A program made the position numbers and the translations under genes. A DNA stretch of 36,851 nt from Coleofasciculus sp. B1-GNL1-01 (lineage in GTDB: Bacteria; Cyanobacteriota; Cyanobacteriia; Cyanobacteriales; Coleofasciculaceae): the NCBI GenBank assembly GCA_040220235.1, contig JAVJTO010000121.1. One strand, written 5' to 3'. How positions within the stretch are numbered: position 1 is the stretch's first letter; each line of letters begins with the position of its first letter. Under the pieces are notes generated by a model. It did not search any database and was not told the DNA's origin. It worked only from the letters and a program-made list of their open reading frames with translations. Shown here in pieces: positions 1 to 8,460 of this stretch.

Positions 1-2
1 AC

Positions 3-185
3 CGGAAGACGATCAGCGTCGGGATACGGCTTGAACCCCAGGATTGGGAAAACCTCAATCAGCTAGCAGCCAGTCTGGGAATGACCCGCACGGAACTGAT
101 CACCCAAATATCCAGAGTCCAAAATCCACAAGACTTACAAGGGTTTCAAAAGGCGAAATATCTGGGGGAATCCTCAGCCAATTAA
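3..185 (+). CDS. RHH/CopG-like DNA-binding protein, unit 1 (5' end outside the window; not in ORF track)
   Basis: My translation: RKTISVGIRLEPQDWENLNQLAASLGMTRTELITQISRVQNPQDLQGFQKAKYLGESSAN*. Clear paralog of 340..555 (RLEPxDWE, LGM(T/S)R, identical C-terminus LGESSAN). Confidence 0.8.
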   Translation, partial: RKTISVGIRLEPQDWENLNQLAASLGMTRTELITQISRVQNPQDLQGFQKAKYLGESSAN

Positions 186-343
186 TCTTGGAAACCCAAG
201 AGGAATTGGCATATCTGGAACAAAAGTTACCTCGATTGAGGGCGCGGCTTAGCTGTCTTCAACAGCTATACCGGGATTTGCAGCAAAAAACCAGTGAAGA
301 CGGCGACGAGGAAGACGAAGTTGGCGATGAGGAAGGAGAATGA
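44..343 (+). CDS. Coiled-coil ORF with acidic tail in the -1 frame of RHH unit 1 (conserved part 164..343; TTG start at 44 doubtful)
   Basis: GGILSQLILETQEELAYLEQKLPRLRARLSCLQQLYRDLQQKTSEDGDEEDEVGDEEGE* is paralogous to the -1 frame at 534..740. Its stop overlaps the ATG of RHH unit 2 (ATGA, 340-343). Confidence 0.65.
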   Translation: MGKPQSASSQSGNDPHGTDHPNIQSPKSTRLTRVSKGEISGGILSQLILETQEELAYLEQKLPRLRARLSCLQQLYRDLQQKTSEDGDEEDEVGDEEGE

Positions 344-555
344 CTAACAAGCGCGGTAGACCAAAATCAGACAGGAACACCAAGACGGTGACATTGAGAC
401 TCGAACCGAGGGACTGGGAATTATTCCGTCAGAAAGCCAAAGCTCTGGGAATGTCGAGATCTCAGTTAGTGCAGAGACTAGCCAGAGGAGAAATACGGAT
501 CGATTCGGCGATACTCACAGAGGAACTACTGCTGGGGGAATCATCCGCGAACTGA
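340..555 (+). CDS. RHH/CopG-like transcriptional regulator, unit 2
   Basis: KRGRPK basic arm, beta strand KTVTLRL, helix-turn LGMSRSQLV typical of RHH proteins; SD-like AAGGAG just upstream. Confidence 0.8.
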   Translation: MTNKRGRPKSDRNTKTVTLRLEPRDWELFRQKAKALGMSRSQLVQRLARGEIRIDSAILTEELLLGESSAN

Positions 556-740
556 TTGATGAAAATGACCAGTTAACCGTATATCACAGTTCGCAAATAG
601 AATTCCATAACAACCGACTCAAACAGCTAAGCAATAGAAGGGCAAGGCTAGAACGTCTTTATGCCGAGTTGCAAACAAAGACTGGTAAAAACCTTGATGA
701 TGAAGACGAGGTTAGCGACGATAAAGGAGAGAATGACTAA
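534..740 (+). CDS. Coiled-coil ORF with acidic tail in the -1 frame of RHH unit 2 (no canonical start; not in ORF track)
   Basis: GGIIRELIDENDQLTVYHSSQIEFHNNRLKQLSNRRARLERLYAELQTKTGKNLDDEDEVSDDKGEND*. The frame is open 360..740 with no ATG/GTG/TTG before about 669; paralogous to 164..343. Confidence 0.65.
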   Translation, partial: GGIIRELIDENDQLTVYHSSQIEFHNNRLKQLSNRRARLERLYAELQTKTGKNLDDEDEVSDDKGEND

Positions 741-756
741 CAAACGCAGCAACTGA
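733..756 (+). pseudogene. Truncated start of a third RHH unit (MTNKRSN*)
   Basis: aaggagagaATGACTAACAAACGC repeats aaggagaATGACTAACAAGCGC at 333-354; similarity then ends. Confidence 0.55.
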
Positions 757-854
757 GTTAATGATTAGAGGGTGATTTACACGATCGCACAGCTTTTCTC
801 CACTCAATCCGATACAATAACTCAATCAGCATCCGGTAATTGCTACTAGAAACG

Positions 855-2021
855 ATGACCCAGCCAGAACGCCTACGCCGTTGGCGACTTCTCTTAGGCG
901 GTGGAGACGCCGATGGTATTTGTCAGGAGAATGGTCAGGGAGAAGCCGCAGATTCCTTTACCCTCAATCCAACGGATCAAGCCATTGATAATGCCCTCAG
1001 CGCCCTCTACGATTCTGACCGCCGTGGTGGACTTGGGAGTTCTTCCCCCAATATTGCCCGTTGGTTAGGCGACATTCGCACCTATTTCCCCTCATCAGTC
1101 GTACAGGTGATGCAAAAAGATGCAATGGCACGCCTTAACCTGCAACAGATGCTGCTGGAACCGGAACTGCTAGAAGCCATTGAACCGGATGTTCATCTCG
1201 TGGCAAATCTACTATCCCTTAGTAGCATTATGCCCAGCAAAACCCAAGAAACCGCCCGCCGTGTGGTGCGTCAAGTGGTTGAACAATTGCAGCGTAAATT
1301 AACCAACCCCACCCGCCAAGCCATAATCGGTAGCCTCAACCGTGCCATTCGCAACCGCCGTCCCCGCCATAACGAAATCGACTGGAACCGCACTATCCGG
1401 GCTAACCTAAAACATTATCAACCTAAATACGGCACAATTATCCCTGAAACCCTAATCGGCTACGGACACAAACGCAGTTCTTTACAAGATATTATCCTCT
1501 GTATCGACCAAAGTGGTTCTATGGCAACGTCTGTCGTCTATGCGGGAATCTTTGGGGCGGTGCTAGCCTCTCTCAGGGCAGTACAAACCCGAATTGTCGT
1601 ATTTGATACGTCGGTTGTAGACTTAACCGACGCCGCGCCAGATCCCGTAGACTTACTCTTTGGTACTCAACTGGGAGGCGGAACCGATATTAACCGCGCC
1701 CTCACCTACTGCCAAGGACTGGTGCGTCGTCCTCAGGACACTATTTTAGTGTTAATTAGTGACCTATATGAAGGGGGAAACCGGGAAGAAATGCTTAAGC
1801 GCGTGGCGGCATTGGTGGGATTAGGAGTTCAATTGATCACACTGCTTGCCCTCAATGATGAAGGTGCGCCCATGTATGATCATTGGATAGCCGAAAAACT
1901 TGCCGGATTGGGTATCCCAGCCATGGCTTGCACGCCTGACCAGTTTCCTGATTTAATGGCTGCTGCAATTCAGCGTCAAGATATTGCACAATGGGCGTCT
2001 GCACGGGGGTATGGTGTTTAG
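855..2021 (+). CDS. VWA domain protein, CoxE/YehP-like
   Basis: N-terminal RLRRWRLLLG, RWLGDIRTYFP, IDWNRTIRANL, MIDAS DQSGSM, GGGTDI, LISDLYEG. ATG at 855 preferred to TTG at 840. Confidence 0.85.
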   Translation: MTQPERLRRWRLLLGGGDADGICQENGQGEAADSFTLNPTDQAIDNALSALYDSDRRGGLGSSSPNIARWLGDIRTYFPSSVVQVMQKDAMARLNLQQMLLEPELLEAIEPDVHLVANLLSLSSIMPSKTQETARRVVRQVVEQLQRKLTNPTRQAIIGSLNRAIRNRRPRHNEIDWNRTIRANLKHYQPKYGTIIPETLIGYGHKRSSLQDIILCIDQSGSMATSVVYAGIFGAVLASLRAVQTRIVVFDTSVVDLTDAAPDPVDLLFGTQLGGGTDINRALTYCQGLVRRPQDTILVLISDLYEGGNREEMLKRVAALVGLGVQLITLLALNDEGAPMYDHWIAEKLAGLGIPAMACTPDQFPDLMAAAIQRQDIAQWASARGYGV

Positions 2022-2047
2022 TAGGGGTTTGGTTACCAAACCCTTAC
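2021..2047. repeat. REP-like palindrome
   Basis: gtaggggtttggttaccaaacccttac: GTAG-initiated imperfect palindrome directly after the VWA stop. Confidence 0.55.
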
Positions 2048-2121
2048 TCCACCAAAAAGGGGTAGTTAATCTGGATGTAGTGTTAACCAGAAAACGTCAG
2101 ACAAAAGACAACCAACAACTA

Positions 2122-2155
2122 TGACGGCAAAAGGACAGTTAAGCCTTTGCCGTCA
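2122..2155. terminator. Hairpin, possible terminator
   Basis: tgacggcaaaagg...cctttgccgtca inverted repeat downstream of the VWA gene. Confidence 0.4.
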
Positions 2156-2470
2156 CAATTTGTTATAATTTTTGCCAGGACTAGAAAACTCAATTTGTCA
2201 GGCGTTGCTGAATTAACAGCTTAATTCAGTGGCGCTTTTTCTTGAATCTTCACTTTACCGAAGTTTTCGTGAGAATGTCCACGAAAATTGCCGGAATTTA
2301 TCTAAATTTTAGGGCAGAGCCTAATTTTGTCAAGATTTTGCTTAGATCAAAGCGCTAGTTACACCCGATAACTCGATTATTCTCCAATTGGTCGCAGTTA
2401 TTTTTAAGATAATGGGCAATTGTGAAATTAAAGTGAAAACAGGAAACGAATTTTCTCTAAGGAAGGACAG

Positions 2471-3154
2471 ATGATTGAAACAGATAAGTCTTATATTTTT
2501 CTGGCAGGCGCTAGTCGCGGGGTGGGTCGAGAAATCGCCAAATACCTGGTTGAGCAAAACCAGAAGGTTAAAGCCCTGTTGCGTTCCCCAGACTCTCGCG
2601 CCGAGTTAGAAGCGATGGGGATTCAGGTGGTGATGGGAGATGCCCTAGATGCGGTAACGGTTGAACAAGCCATGCTGGGAGATCAACCGATTCAGGCGGT
2701 GATTAGTACGATAGGCGGCTTACCCAAAGAGGGTCAACGATCGGATTTTTTGGGCAACAAGCATTTAATTGATGCGGCACTCAAGGCTAAGGTACAAAAG
2801 TTTATCCTAATTTCCTCGATTGGGAGTGGTGAGAGTGCGATCGCCTTACCCCCCCAAGCGTTGACCACGTTGAAGCCTGTACTCATTGAAAAAGAACAAG
2901 CAGAGAACTATTTGAAGGATAGCGGACTGACCTATACTGTGATTCGACCCGGTGGGTTGAAGTCAGAACCTGCAACCGGAACGGGTGTGGTGACAGAAAA
3001 TCAAAAGGTGGCGGGAACGATTCATCGCGCCGATGTCGCCCAGTTAGTTTGTCAGTGCTTGTTCTCAGAGGCGGCAAATAATAAAGTCCTCGCCGCTATT
3101 GATCGGATGCAGATGTATGGGTATCCAGAGTTTGAGGAACTCAGCTTGACGTGA
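2471..3154 (+). CDS. NAD(P)-binding atypical SDR (NmrA/flavin-reductase-like) oxidoreductase
   Basis: Rossmann motif IFLAGASRGVG, KEQAE, YTVIRPGGL, IHRADVA. Confidence 0.9.
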   Translation: MIETDKSYIFLAGASRGVGREIAKYLVEQNQKVKALLRSPDSRAELEAMGIQVVMGDALDAVTVEQAMLGDQPIQAVISTIGGLPKEGQRSDFLGNKHLIDAALKAKVQKFILISSIGSGESAIALPPQALTTLKPVLIEKEQAENYLKDSGLTYTVIRPGGLKSEPATGTGVVTENQKVAGTIHRADVAQLVCQCLFSEAANNKVLAAIDRMQMYGYPEFEELSLT

Positions 3155-3599
3155 AGGGTTTGATCCAATGGCGCTGAATTGCCCAATCGAGAGTAAAACG
3201 GGCGATCGCAAATTCGATCAGACTCTCGATGACTAAGATACCCCAAACCCAAAAGGTATCGGTGATATCCGGCTGTCCCTCTATTACCGCCAAACCCCGT
3301 ACCAAACCAAACGCTAACACGACTCCCGCTTTCAGTTGGGGATTTTGGTCATCCCGGATGGCGTAGCGGTAGGTGACGCCAAACAAAAAGCCGGACAAAA
3401 ACGCGATCGCGACTTTGATCAATAGGGTTATATTAGCCCGGACATCCAGTAAGCTGAGGGCAGGGGACGGGGTGGATAGAAGCAGTGAGTGCAACAGCGC
3501 GATCGCACAATAGGTTAAGGCTAGGGATAATCCCCCCAGGATAGCTGCTTTCAGGGATTCGAGCCGTTCGGCGTCAGTTGGGTCAAAGGAAGAGTTCAC
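3141..3599 (-). CDS. Conserved hypothetical membrane protein
   Basis: About four hydrophobic segments; ERLESLKA and LFGVTYRYAIRDDQNPQLKAGVVLAFGLVRGLA motifs of a cyanobacterial/plastid family; 14-bp convergent overlap with the SDR gene. Confidence 0.75.
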   Translation of the reverse strand: MNSSFDPTDAERLESLKAAILGGLSLALTYCAIALLHSLLLSTPSPALSLLDVRANITLLIKVAIAFLSGFLFGVTYRYAIRDDQNPQLKAGVVLAFGLVRGLAVIEGQPDITDTFWVWGILVIESLIEFAIARFTLDWAIQRHWIKPFTSS

Positions 3600-3686
3600 G
3601 ACTTTCGAGCCTCAGGGTCAAAGACGGTTCAAATTGAATTATCATAAACGTTGGAGTCATTTCTTAACTATTACTCATAAAGCACG

Positions 3687-3776
3687 ATGGATATTTTGTC
3701 ATTAGGCTGGGTCGCCACTCTGGTTCTGTTCACTTGGTCGATTGCGATGGTAGTCTGGGCGCGTAACGGGTTCTAG
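3687..3776 (+). CDS. petN: Cytochrome b6f subunit VIII (PetN); not in ORF track
   Basis: [29 protein letters not shown], 29 aa, matching the PetN consensus. Confidence 0.95.
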   Translation: MDILSLGWVATLVLFTWSIAMVVWARNGF

Positions 3777-3783
3777 AGAGATT

Positions 3784-3918
3784 GTGGAAGGTTCTGTTTT
3801 TACCGTCATATTTTTAGCGGCGGCTGGACTCTTACTCCTGGTGACGGGGGGTGTCGTTTACTTAACCGCCGTTGAATGGCGCGATCGCCGTCGCCGCGAT
3901 CGGGATAAGAAACTCTAA
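3784..3918 (+). CDS. 44-aa single-transmembrane microprotein downstream of petN; not in ORF track
   Basis: GTG start after GAGAG; MEGSVFTVIFLAAAGLLLLVTGGVVYLTAVEWRDRRRRDRDKKL*: TM helix plus basic tail, containing a HIP1 site. Confidence 0.75.
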   Translation: MEGSVFTVIFLAAAGLLLLVTGGVVYLTAVEWRDRRRRDRDKKL

Positions 3919-3929
3919 GTCCAATACTG

Positions 3930-4197
3930 TAGGGAATAGGGAAGCTGGGGGGGCTGGGAGAGAACAATTCCCCATATAGTAGGGGCACGGCAGTGCCCAT
4001 TGGTGTCAACTTAAAACCCCTCACCCCCAGCCCCTCTTTCCCCCTCGCAGAGGGGATAACAGAGTATGCTTCGCTTTTTTTGCACGGGGGAGGACTAAGG
4101 ATGTTTCACTCACTTTTGTTGCACGGGAGAGGGGAGCAAGAGAATCTGGTTCCCCTTCTCCCCACGGTGGGAGAAGGGGTTAGGGGATGAGGGGGAA
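3930..4197. repeat. Cluster of dispersed repeats (G-rich units, REP-like gtaggggcacggcagtgccc, ggtgtcaacttaa end, cccctcacccccagcccct...ggggttaggggatgagggg inverted element)
   Basis: Several palindromes; ggtgtcaactta recurs at about 7416; ORFs here are low-complexity. Confidence 0.6.
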
Positions 4198-4309
4198 ATG
4201 TAGAGCAGTAGATAGACACAGCTTAAAACCTTTTCAATGTTGAAAGCGGCTAGGTTTAGCGGTATAAGAAGATAACTGTACCTTCTGAATGCGCTCACAT
4301 CATTAGATT

Positions 4310-4801
4310 ATGGCTTCAACCTATTCATTTGATATCGTCAGTGATTTTGACCGACAAGAGTTGGTGAACGCCTTAGACCAAACCAATCGCGAAATTAGTA
4401 ACCGTTATGACTTGAAAGACACGAAGACAACGGTTGACTTGGGGGATGACACCATTACCGTGAATACCGACAGCGAATTCACCCTCGATACCGTACATAG
4501 CATTATGCTCACCAAAGCCACCAAGCGTAAACTCTCCCCGAAAATTTTCGACTACGGCAAAGTTGAATCAGCGAGTGGTAATCGAGTACGCCAAGAAATT
4601 AAACTGCAAAAAGGAATTAGTCAAGATATTGGCAAAAAAATCGCCAAACTGATTCGGGACGAATTCAAAAAAGTACAAGCCTCGATTCAAGGCGATGCGG
4701 TTAGAGTGACAAGTAAATCCAAAGATGATTTACAACAAATTATTCAGCGCTTGAAACAAGAGGAATTGCCTGTGGCGCTGCAATTTACAAATTATCGATA
4801 G
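4310..4801 (+). CDS. yajQ: YajQ family cyclic di-GMP/nucleotide-binding protein
   Basis: SFDIVS...QELVNALDQ...[26 protein letters not shown]...LQFTNYR; 163 aa. Confidence 0.95.
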   Translation: MASTYSFDIVSDFDRQELVNALDQTNREISNRYDLKDTKTTVDLGDDTITVNTDSEFTLDTVHSIMLTKATKRKLSPKIFDYGKVESASGNRVRQEIKLQKGISQDIGKKIAKLIRDEFKKVQASIQGDAVRVTSKSKDDLQQIIQRLKQEELPVALQFTNYR

Positions 4802-4824
4802 AATCCGCAAGTTGGCGTAAAAAT

Positions 4825-4890
4825 GTAGGGGCGGGTTTAGGAATTAAATCAGGAAACCCACCTCAAACCAAACAACGAAACCCGCCCTAA
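4825..4890. repeat. REP-like element GTAGGGGCGGGTTT...AAACCCGCCC
   Basis: Same arms recur at 8397-8460, 22446-22506 and 24895-24957. Confidence 0.7.
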
Positions 4891-4942
4891 TCCCAACCTA
4901 AATTTATCGATTAACCTCAACAATGTTTAGGCTTACATCCCT

Positions 4943-5150
4943 TATAGCGCTACGCGCCAGGCAATAGGCAATAGTATAGCAACCGCCACAACGGTTAGGA
5001 CACTAAACTTGCCTCAAAAAAATACACGGCATTCATTTTATGTCCTAATGACCCTGGCGACTGCTATAAATAAAAAAGCTTACTAAATCAGGGGATTGAG
5101 CGATTTTGGCTTTTTCTTAATTTTTCCTAACGTGTCTGCGTAGTGCTATA
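4943..5150. mobile_element. MITE-like element (TIR TATAGCGCTACGC / GCGTAGTGCTATA) containing a nested MITE
   Basis: 13-bp TIR with 1 mismatch and TA ends; the same left end occurs at 36701. Confidence 0.65.
4975..5068. mobile_element. Nested MITE (TIR TATAGCA..CGCCA......TTAGGACA)
   Basis: Left tatagcaaccgccacaacggttaggaca versus reverse complement of right end tatagcagtcgccagggtcattaggaca. Confidence 0.7.
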
Positions 5151-5163
5151 CTCCGAAACTAAT

Positions 5164-5932
5164 CTAATCCATTATTGCTTTGGGATTATCATTAAAACTG
5201 ATTAAATTCAAATGCTCCGGATTTTGAATCAGATAGTTAGTGACGAGCCGCATATAAAGCTTGATGAAATAACGCCTGAATTTCCAACGGATGTCCATAA
5301 ACCGCCATGCGACGGTCAATCATAAATGCGGCTTCGGGAACTAATAAGGTGGGAGTCATATCGAAGCGCTGGCTTAAGCAAATATCCAGAATTAACTGGA
5401 TACCGCGTTGGAATTCCAACCGATGGACAATACTTTCATCAGGTCGATTGGCGATTTGACACGCTTTTTCATACGCCCGCAAGAGAATAATCCACCACAA
5501 CCCCGAATCAACAGGCGTAACTCTACCAATTGCCCGTTGACCAAAATCTGGCTCAATGTTTTGAGTTGATGTCACCTCAAAACTAGCAGGCATTAAGCCT
5601 TCTCCCAAGCGAATCCCATCAATGAGCAGTTCTTTGCCTTGCCAGGTTTTCCTCACTTGGGCAAATAAGCCTTCACCGTCTTTTGTCCATAGTTTATCCG
5701 ACTGTAAGCCGAGGGTGAATTCCAAAAAGTTGCGGACAATTTCCCGCTCCCCTTGCATGAGAAACGCCAGTCCCGATGGGATAAAATCGCGGACAAAGCA
5801 GTGACCATAATTAAGTTGTTCTTCTTGGGGAACAGGTTCCTTAGAGGCGACAGTGCCAACAGGCTGTTGCTGATAACTCATAATCGAGAGTTTCAGTCGT
5901 TCTTGTGCTGCTTTGACCATCTGGTTATTCAT
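5164..5932 (-). pseudogene. Alkaline/neutral invertase (GH100) with internal deletion
   Basis: Motifs LNYGHCFVRDFIPS, GLMPASF, DFGQRAIGRVTPVDSGLWWIILLRAY, FMIDRRMAVYGHPLEIQALF. ORF stops at 231 aa; an invertase-like C-terminus NYLIQNPEHLNLISFNDNPKAIMD* follows immediately in another frame (5238..5164). Confidence 0.8.
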
Positions 5933-5972
5933 TCACCTGCTCCTGTTTAGGTTTACCGTTGAACGACCATCT

Positions 5973-6000
5973 GTAGGGACACGACATGTCGTGTCCCTAC
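5973..6000. repeat. Perfect 28-bp REP-like palindrome
   Basis: gtagggacacgacatgtcgtgtccctac is its own reverse complement; lies just downstream of hemL. Confidence 0.8.
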
Positions 6001-6029
6001 CTCAAGCTTATGGCAAACTAATCTTATCC

Positions 6030-7331
6030 CTACAGACTTGACATAACCTCCCGCGCGGCTTCTAGCGTGCGGTCAATATCCTCATCGGTGTGCGCCAAGG
6101 AGGTAAATCCTGCCTCAAACTGGGACGGTGCCAGATAAATTCCCCGTTCTAACATGCCGCGATGGAAGCGGCTGAACTTGGCTAAATCCGACTTTTTGGC
6201 ATCGTCGTAATTACGCACAGGACCGACGGTGAAGAACATGCCAAACATGGCACTAATTTGTCCACCGCAAGCAGGATGTCCGGTTTCTTTGGCAATTTGT
6301 AATAACCCCTCGGACAGCTTTTTGGTGATTTTGTCAAGCTGTTCGTAAGTTCCCGGTTTTTGCAATAACTCTAGGGTTTTAATCCCAGCCGTCATCGCTA
6401 GGGGATTACCGGAAAGGGTGCCGGCTTGGTACATCGGACCAGCAGGTGCAACCATGGACATGATATCTTTACGTCCCCCATAAGCACCCACGGGTAAACC
6501 CCCACCAATCACTTTACCTAATGTGGTTAAATCGGGAGTGACGCCAAATTTTTCTTGAGCGCCGCCGTAGGCAATCCGGAACCCCGTCATCACTTCGTCA
6601 AAGACTAACAGCGCACCATGTTCCTGCGTAATCAAGCGTAAGCCTTCCAGGAATCCAGCATCAGGGGGAACAAAACCAGAGTTACCAACTACGGGTTCAA
6701 GAATCACCCCAGCAATACTATCTGGATTGGCTTCAAAGAGAGATTTGACGGATTCCAAATCGTTGTAAATGGCAGTCAGGGTACTACTTGTTGCCGATTT
6801 AGGCACACCGGGAGAGTCAGGTAAGCCAAGGGTAGCAACCCCAGAACCGGCTTGCACGAGCAGCATATCGGCGTGACCATGGTAACAGCCAGAGAATTTG
6901 ATAATTTTATCTCTGCCTGTAAAGGCACGCATCAGGCGAATGACTGCCATACAAGCTTCCGTACCGGAATTGACAAACCGCACCATGTCGATACTGGGAA
7001 CGGCTTCAATCACCATGGAGGCTAAAACGTTCTCTAGCGCAGAAGGAGCGCCGAAGCTTGTGCCTTTTTCGAGGGCGTCGTGCAGGGCGGAAATGACCTC
7101 TGGGTGGGTATGACCGCAAATGGCGGGTCCCCAAGTGCCAACATAGTCAATGTACTGATTGCCATCGACATCCCATACGTAGGCACCCTTAACCCGGTCA
7201 AATACAATGGGTTGTCCGCCAACAGACTTAAATGCCCGAACCGGTGAACTGACACCCCCCGGCATCAGGTTTTGGGCAGTTTGGAAAATTTCTTCTGATT
7301 TCGTAGTTGTCCAGGACGAGGTGGTAACCAA
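6030..7331 (-). CDS. hemL: Glutamate-1-semialdehyde 2,1-aminomutase
   Basis: [37 protein letters not shown] lysine [17 protein letters not shown]. Confidence 0.98.
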   Translation of the reverse strand: MVTTSSWTTTKSEEIFQTAQNLMPGGVSSPVRAFKSVGGQPIVFDRVKGAYVWDVDGNQYIDYVGTWGPAICGHTHPEVISALHDALEKGTSFGAPSALENVLASMVIEAVPSIDMVRFVNSGTEACMAVIRLMRAFTGRDKIIKFSGCYHGHADMLLVQAGSGVATLGLPDSPGVPKSATSSTLTAIYNDLESVKSLFEANPDSIAGVILEPVVGNSGFVPPDAGFLEGLRLITQEHGALLVFDEVMTGFRIAYGGAQEKFGVTPDLTTLGKVIGGGLPVGAYGGRKDIMSMVAPAGPMYQAGTLSGNPLAMTAGIKTLELLQKPGTYEQLDKITKKLSEGLLQIAKETGHPACGGQISAMFGMFFTVGPVRNYDDAKKSDLAKFSRFHRGMLERGIYLAPSQFEAGFTSLAHTDEDIDRTLEAAREVMSSL

Positions 7332-7430
7332 AACTGTCTCCTGTTATTTGATGCTTATCTCTATCAGGATAAAGTTTAGTGGTGATTCGGGAAATAGGGT
7401 AAGGGGGTAGGCGTTGGTGTCAACTTAGGA

Positions 7431-7519
7431 GTAGGGGAAGCAGGGGGAGTAGGGGAAGCTGGGGAAGCTGGGGGAGCTGGGGGAGTAGGGGAAGCTGGGG
7501 GAGCTGGGGAAGCTGGGGC
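7431..7519. repeat. G-rich 9-bp tandem repeat, about 10 units
   Basis: gtaggggaa/gctggggaa/gctggggga units between the pentapeptide gene end and the hemL start. Confidence 0.8.
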
Positions 7520-7584
7520 ACCCTCGCTGAAAATTAGGATTGGCAAGGGTTATAGCTTAACTGTCAGCAATGCCCTGCGCCAAA

Positions 7585-8364
7585 TTAGGGACAATCGCGA
7601 TTAGAAATAGTTCTATCGGGTAGAGTAGTATTACAAAATACTGCACCAGTTAAATCAGCATCTTGTAAATTAGTACGACTCAGGTCAACCTCCCAGAGGT
7701 TTGCTTCGCGCAAATCAGCATTAGTCAAAAAGCTATTACTCAAATTAGCCCCTCTGAGGTAAGCGCCATTTAAATTCGCGTTATTAAGTCTGGCATTACT
7801 CAGGTTCGCTTCTCTAAGATTAGCGGCTTTCAGATTAGCACCATTGAGTCTAGCTTTATCTAGATTGGCACGTCTGAGATCAGCGCCTCTGAGTTCCGCT
7901 AGAGTGAGAATCGATTGAGACAGATTGGCTTCACTCAAGTTGGCTAAACTTAACAGCGTTTGGGTTAAGTTCGCACCAATGAGAATAGCATTACTTAGGT
8001 TAGCCGCTTTGAAGTTAGCTTCTCTGAGATCCGCAGCCGTGAGATCTGCACCACCGAGAAAGGCGCGAGTTAGATCAGCATTTTTTAAGTCAGCGTTGCT
8101 GAGGTTAGCATTAATCAGGTCAGCATATTTGAGATTAGCATCACTGAGAGTCGCTTGGGTAAGGTTGGCTTGACTCAAGTCGGCATAAGTCAAGATACTT
8201 TGACTCAAGTTAGTATTACTCAGATCGGCATTAGTTAAGTCACAGGTAGAACATTCGCCCGTGTCTTGTAACTGTTTCAGATGGTCAGGATTTTCCGCGT
8301 TTAGAGGAGTGGCTACCCAAAAGGGCGTTAGAAGCAAGAGAATAGTCAGAATGTTGAGTTTCAT
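7585..8364 (-). CDS. Pentapeptide repeat protein with signal peptide
   Basis: MKLNILTILLLLTPFWVATPLNA-ENPDHLKQL...C..CDL followed by many A(D/N)Lxx repeats. Start at 8364 because the ORF-track extension runs through a REP. Confidence 0.9.
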   Translation of the reverse strand: MKLNILTILLLLTPFWVATPLNAENPDHLKQLQDTGECSTCDLTNADLSNTNLSQSILTYADLSQANLTQATLSDANLKYADLINANLSNADLKNADLTRAFLGGADLTAADLREANFKAANLSNAILIGANLTQTLLSLANLSEANLSQSILTLAELRGADLRRANLDKARLNGANLKAANLREANLSNARLNNANLNGAYLRGANLSNSFLTNADLREANLWEVDLSRTNLQDADLTGAVFCNTTLPDRTISNRDCP

Positions 8365-8396
8365 GAATAATACCTCAGCATAGAGGGAAGATTTTT

Positions 8397-8460
8397 GTAG
8401 GGGCGGGTTTAGGAACCTGCTTTTAGCTATTGATGGTAACGTTTGTGCAAAACCCGCCCT
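8397..8460. repeat. REP-like element
   Basis: gtaggggcgggtttag...aaaacccgccct. Confidence 0.7.

Noticed and set aside
44..163. N-terminal 40 aa of the ORF-track 99-aa protein
   Set aside because: Not similar to the equivalent unit-2 frame, where the TTG is CTG; it reads as the shadow of the RHH frame. An independent start is not fully excluded.
3806..4298. Three short ORFs (3806-, 3993+, 4110-)
   Set aside because: Derived from repeat elements or antisense to the 44-aa ORF.
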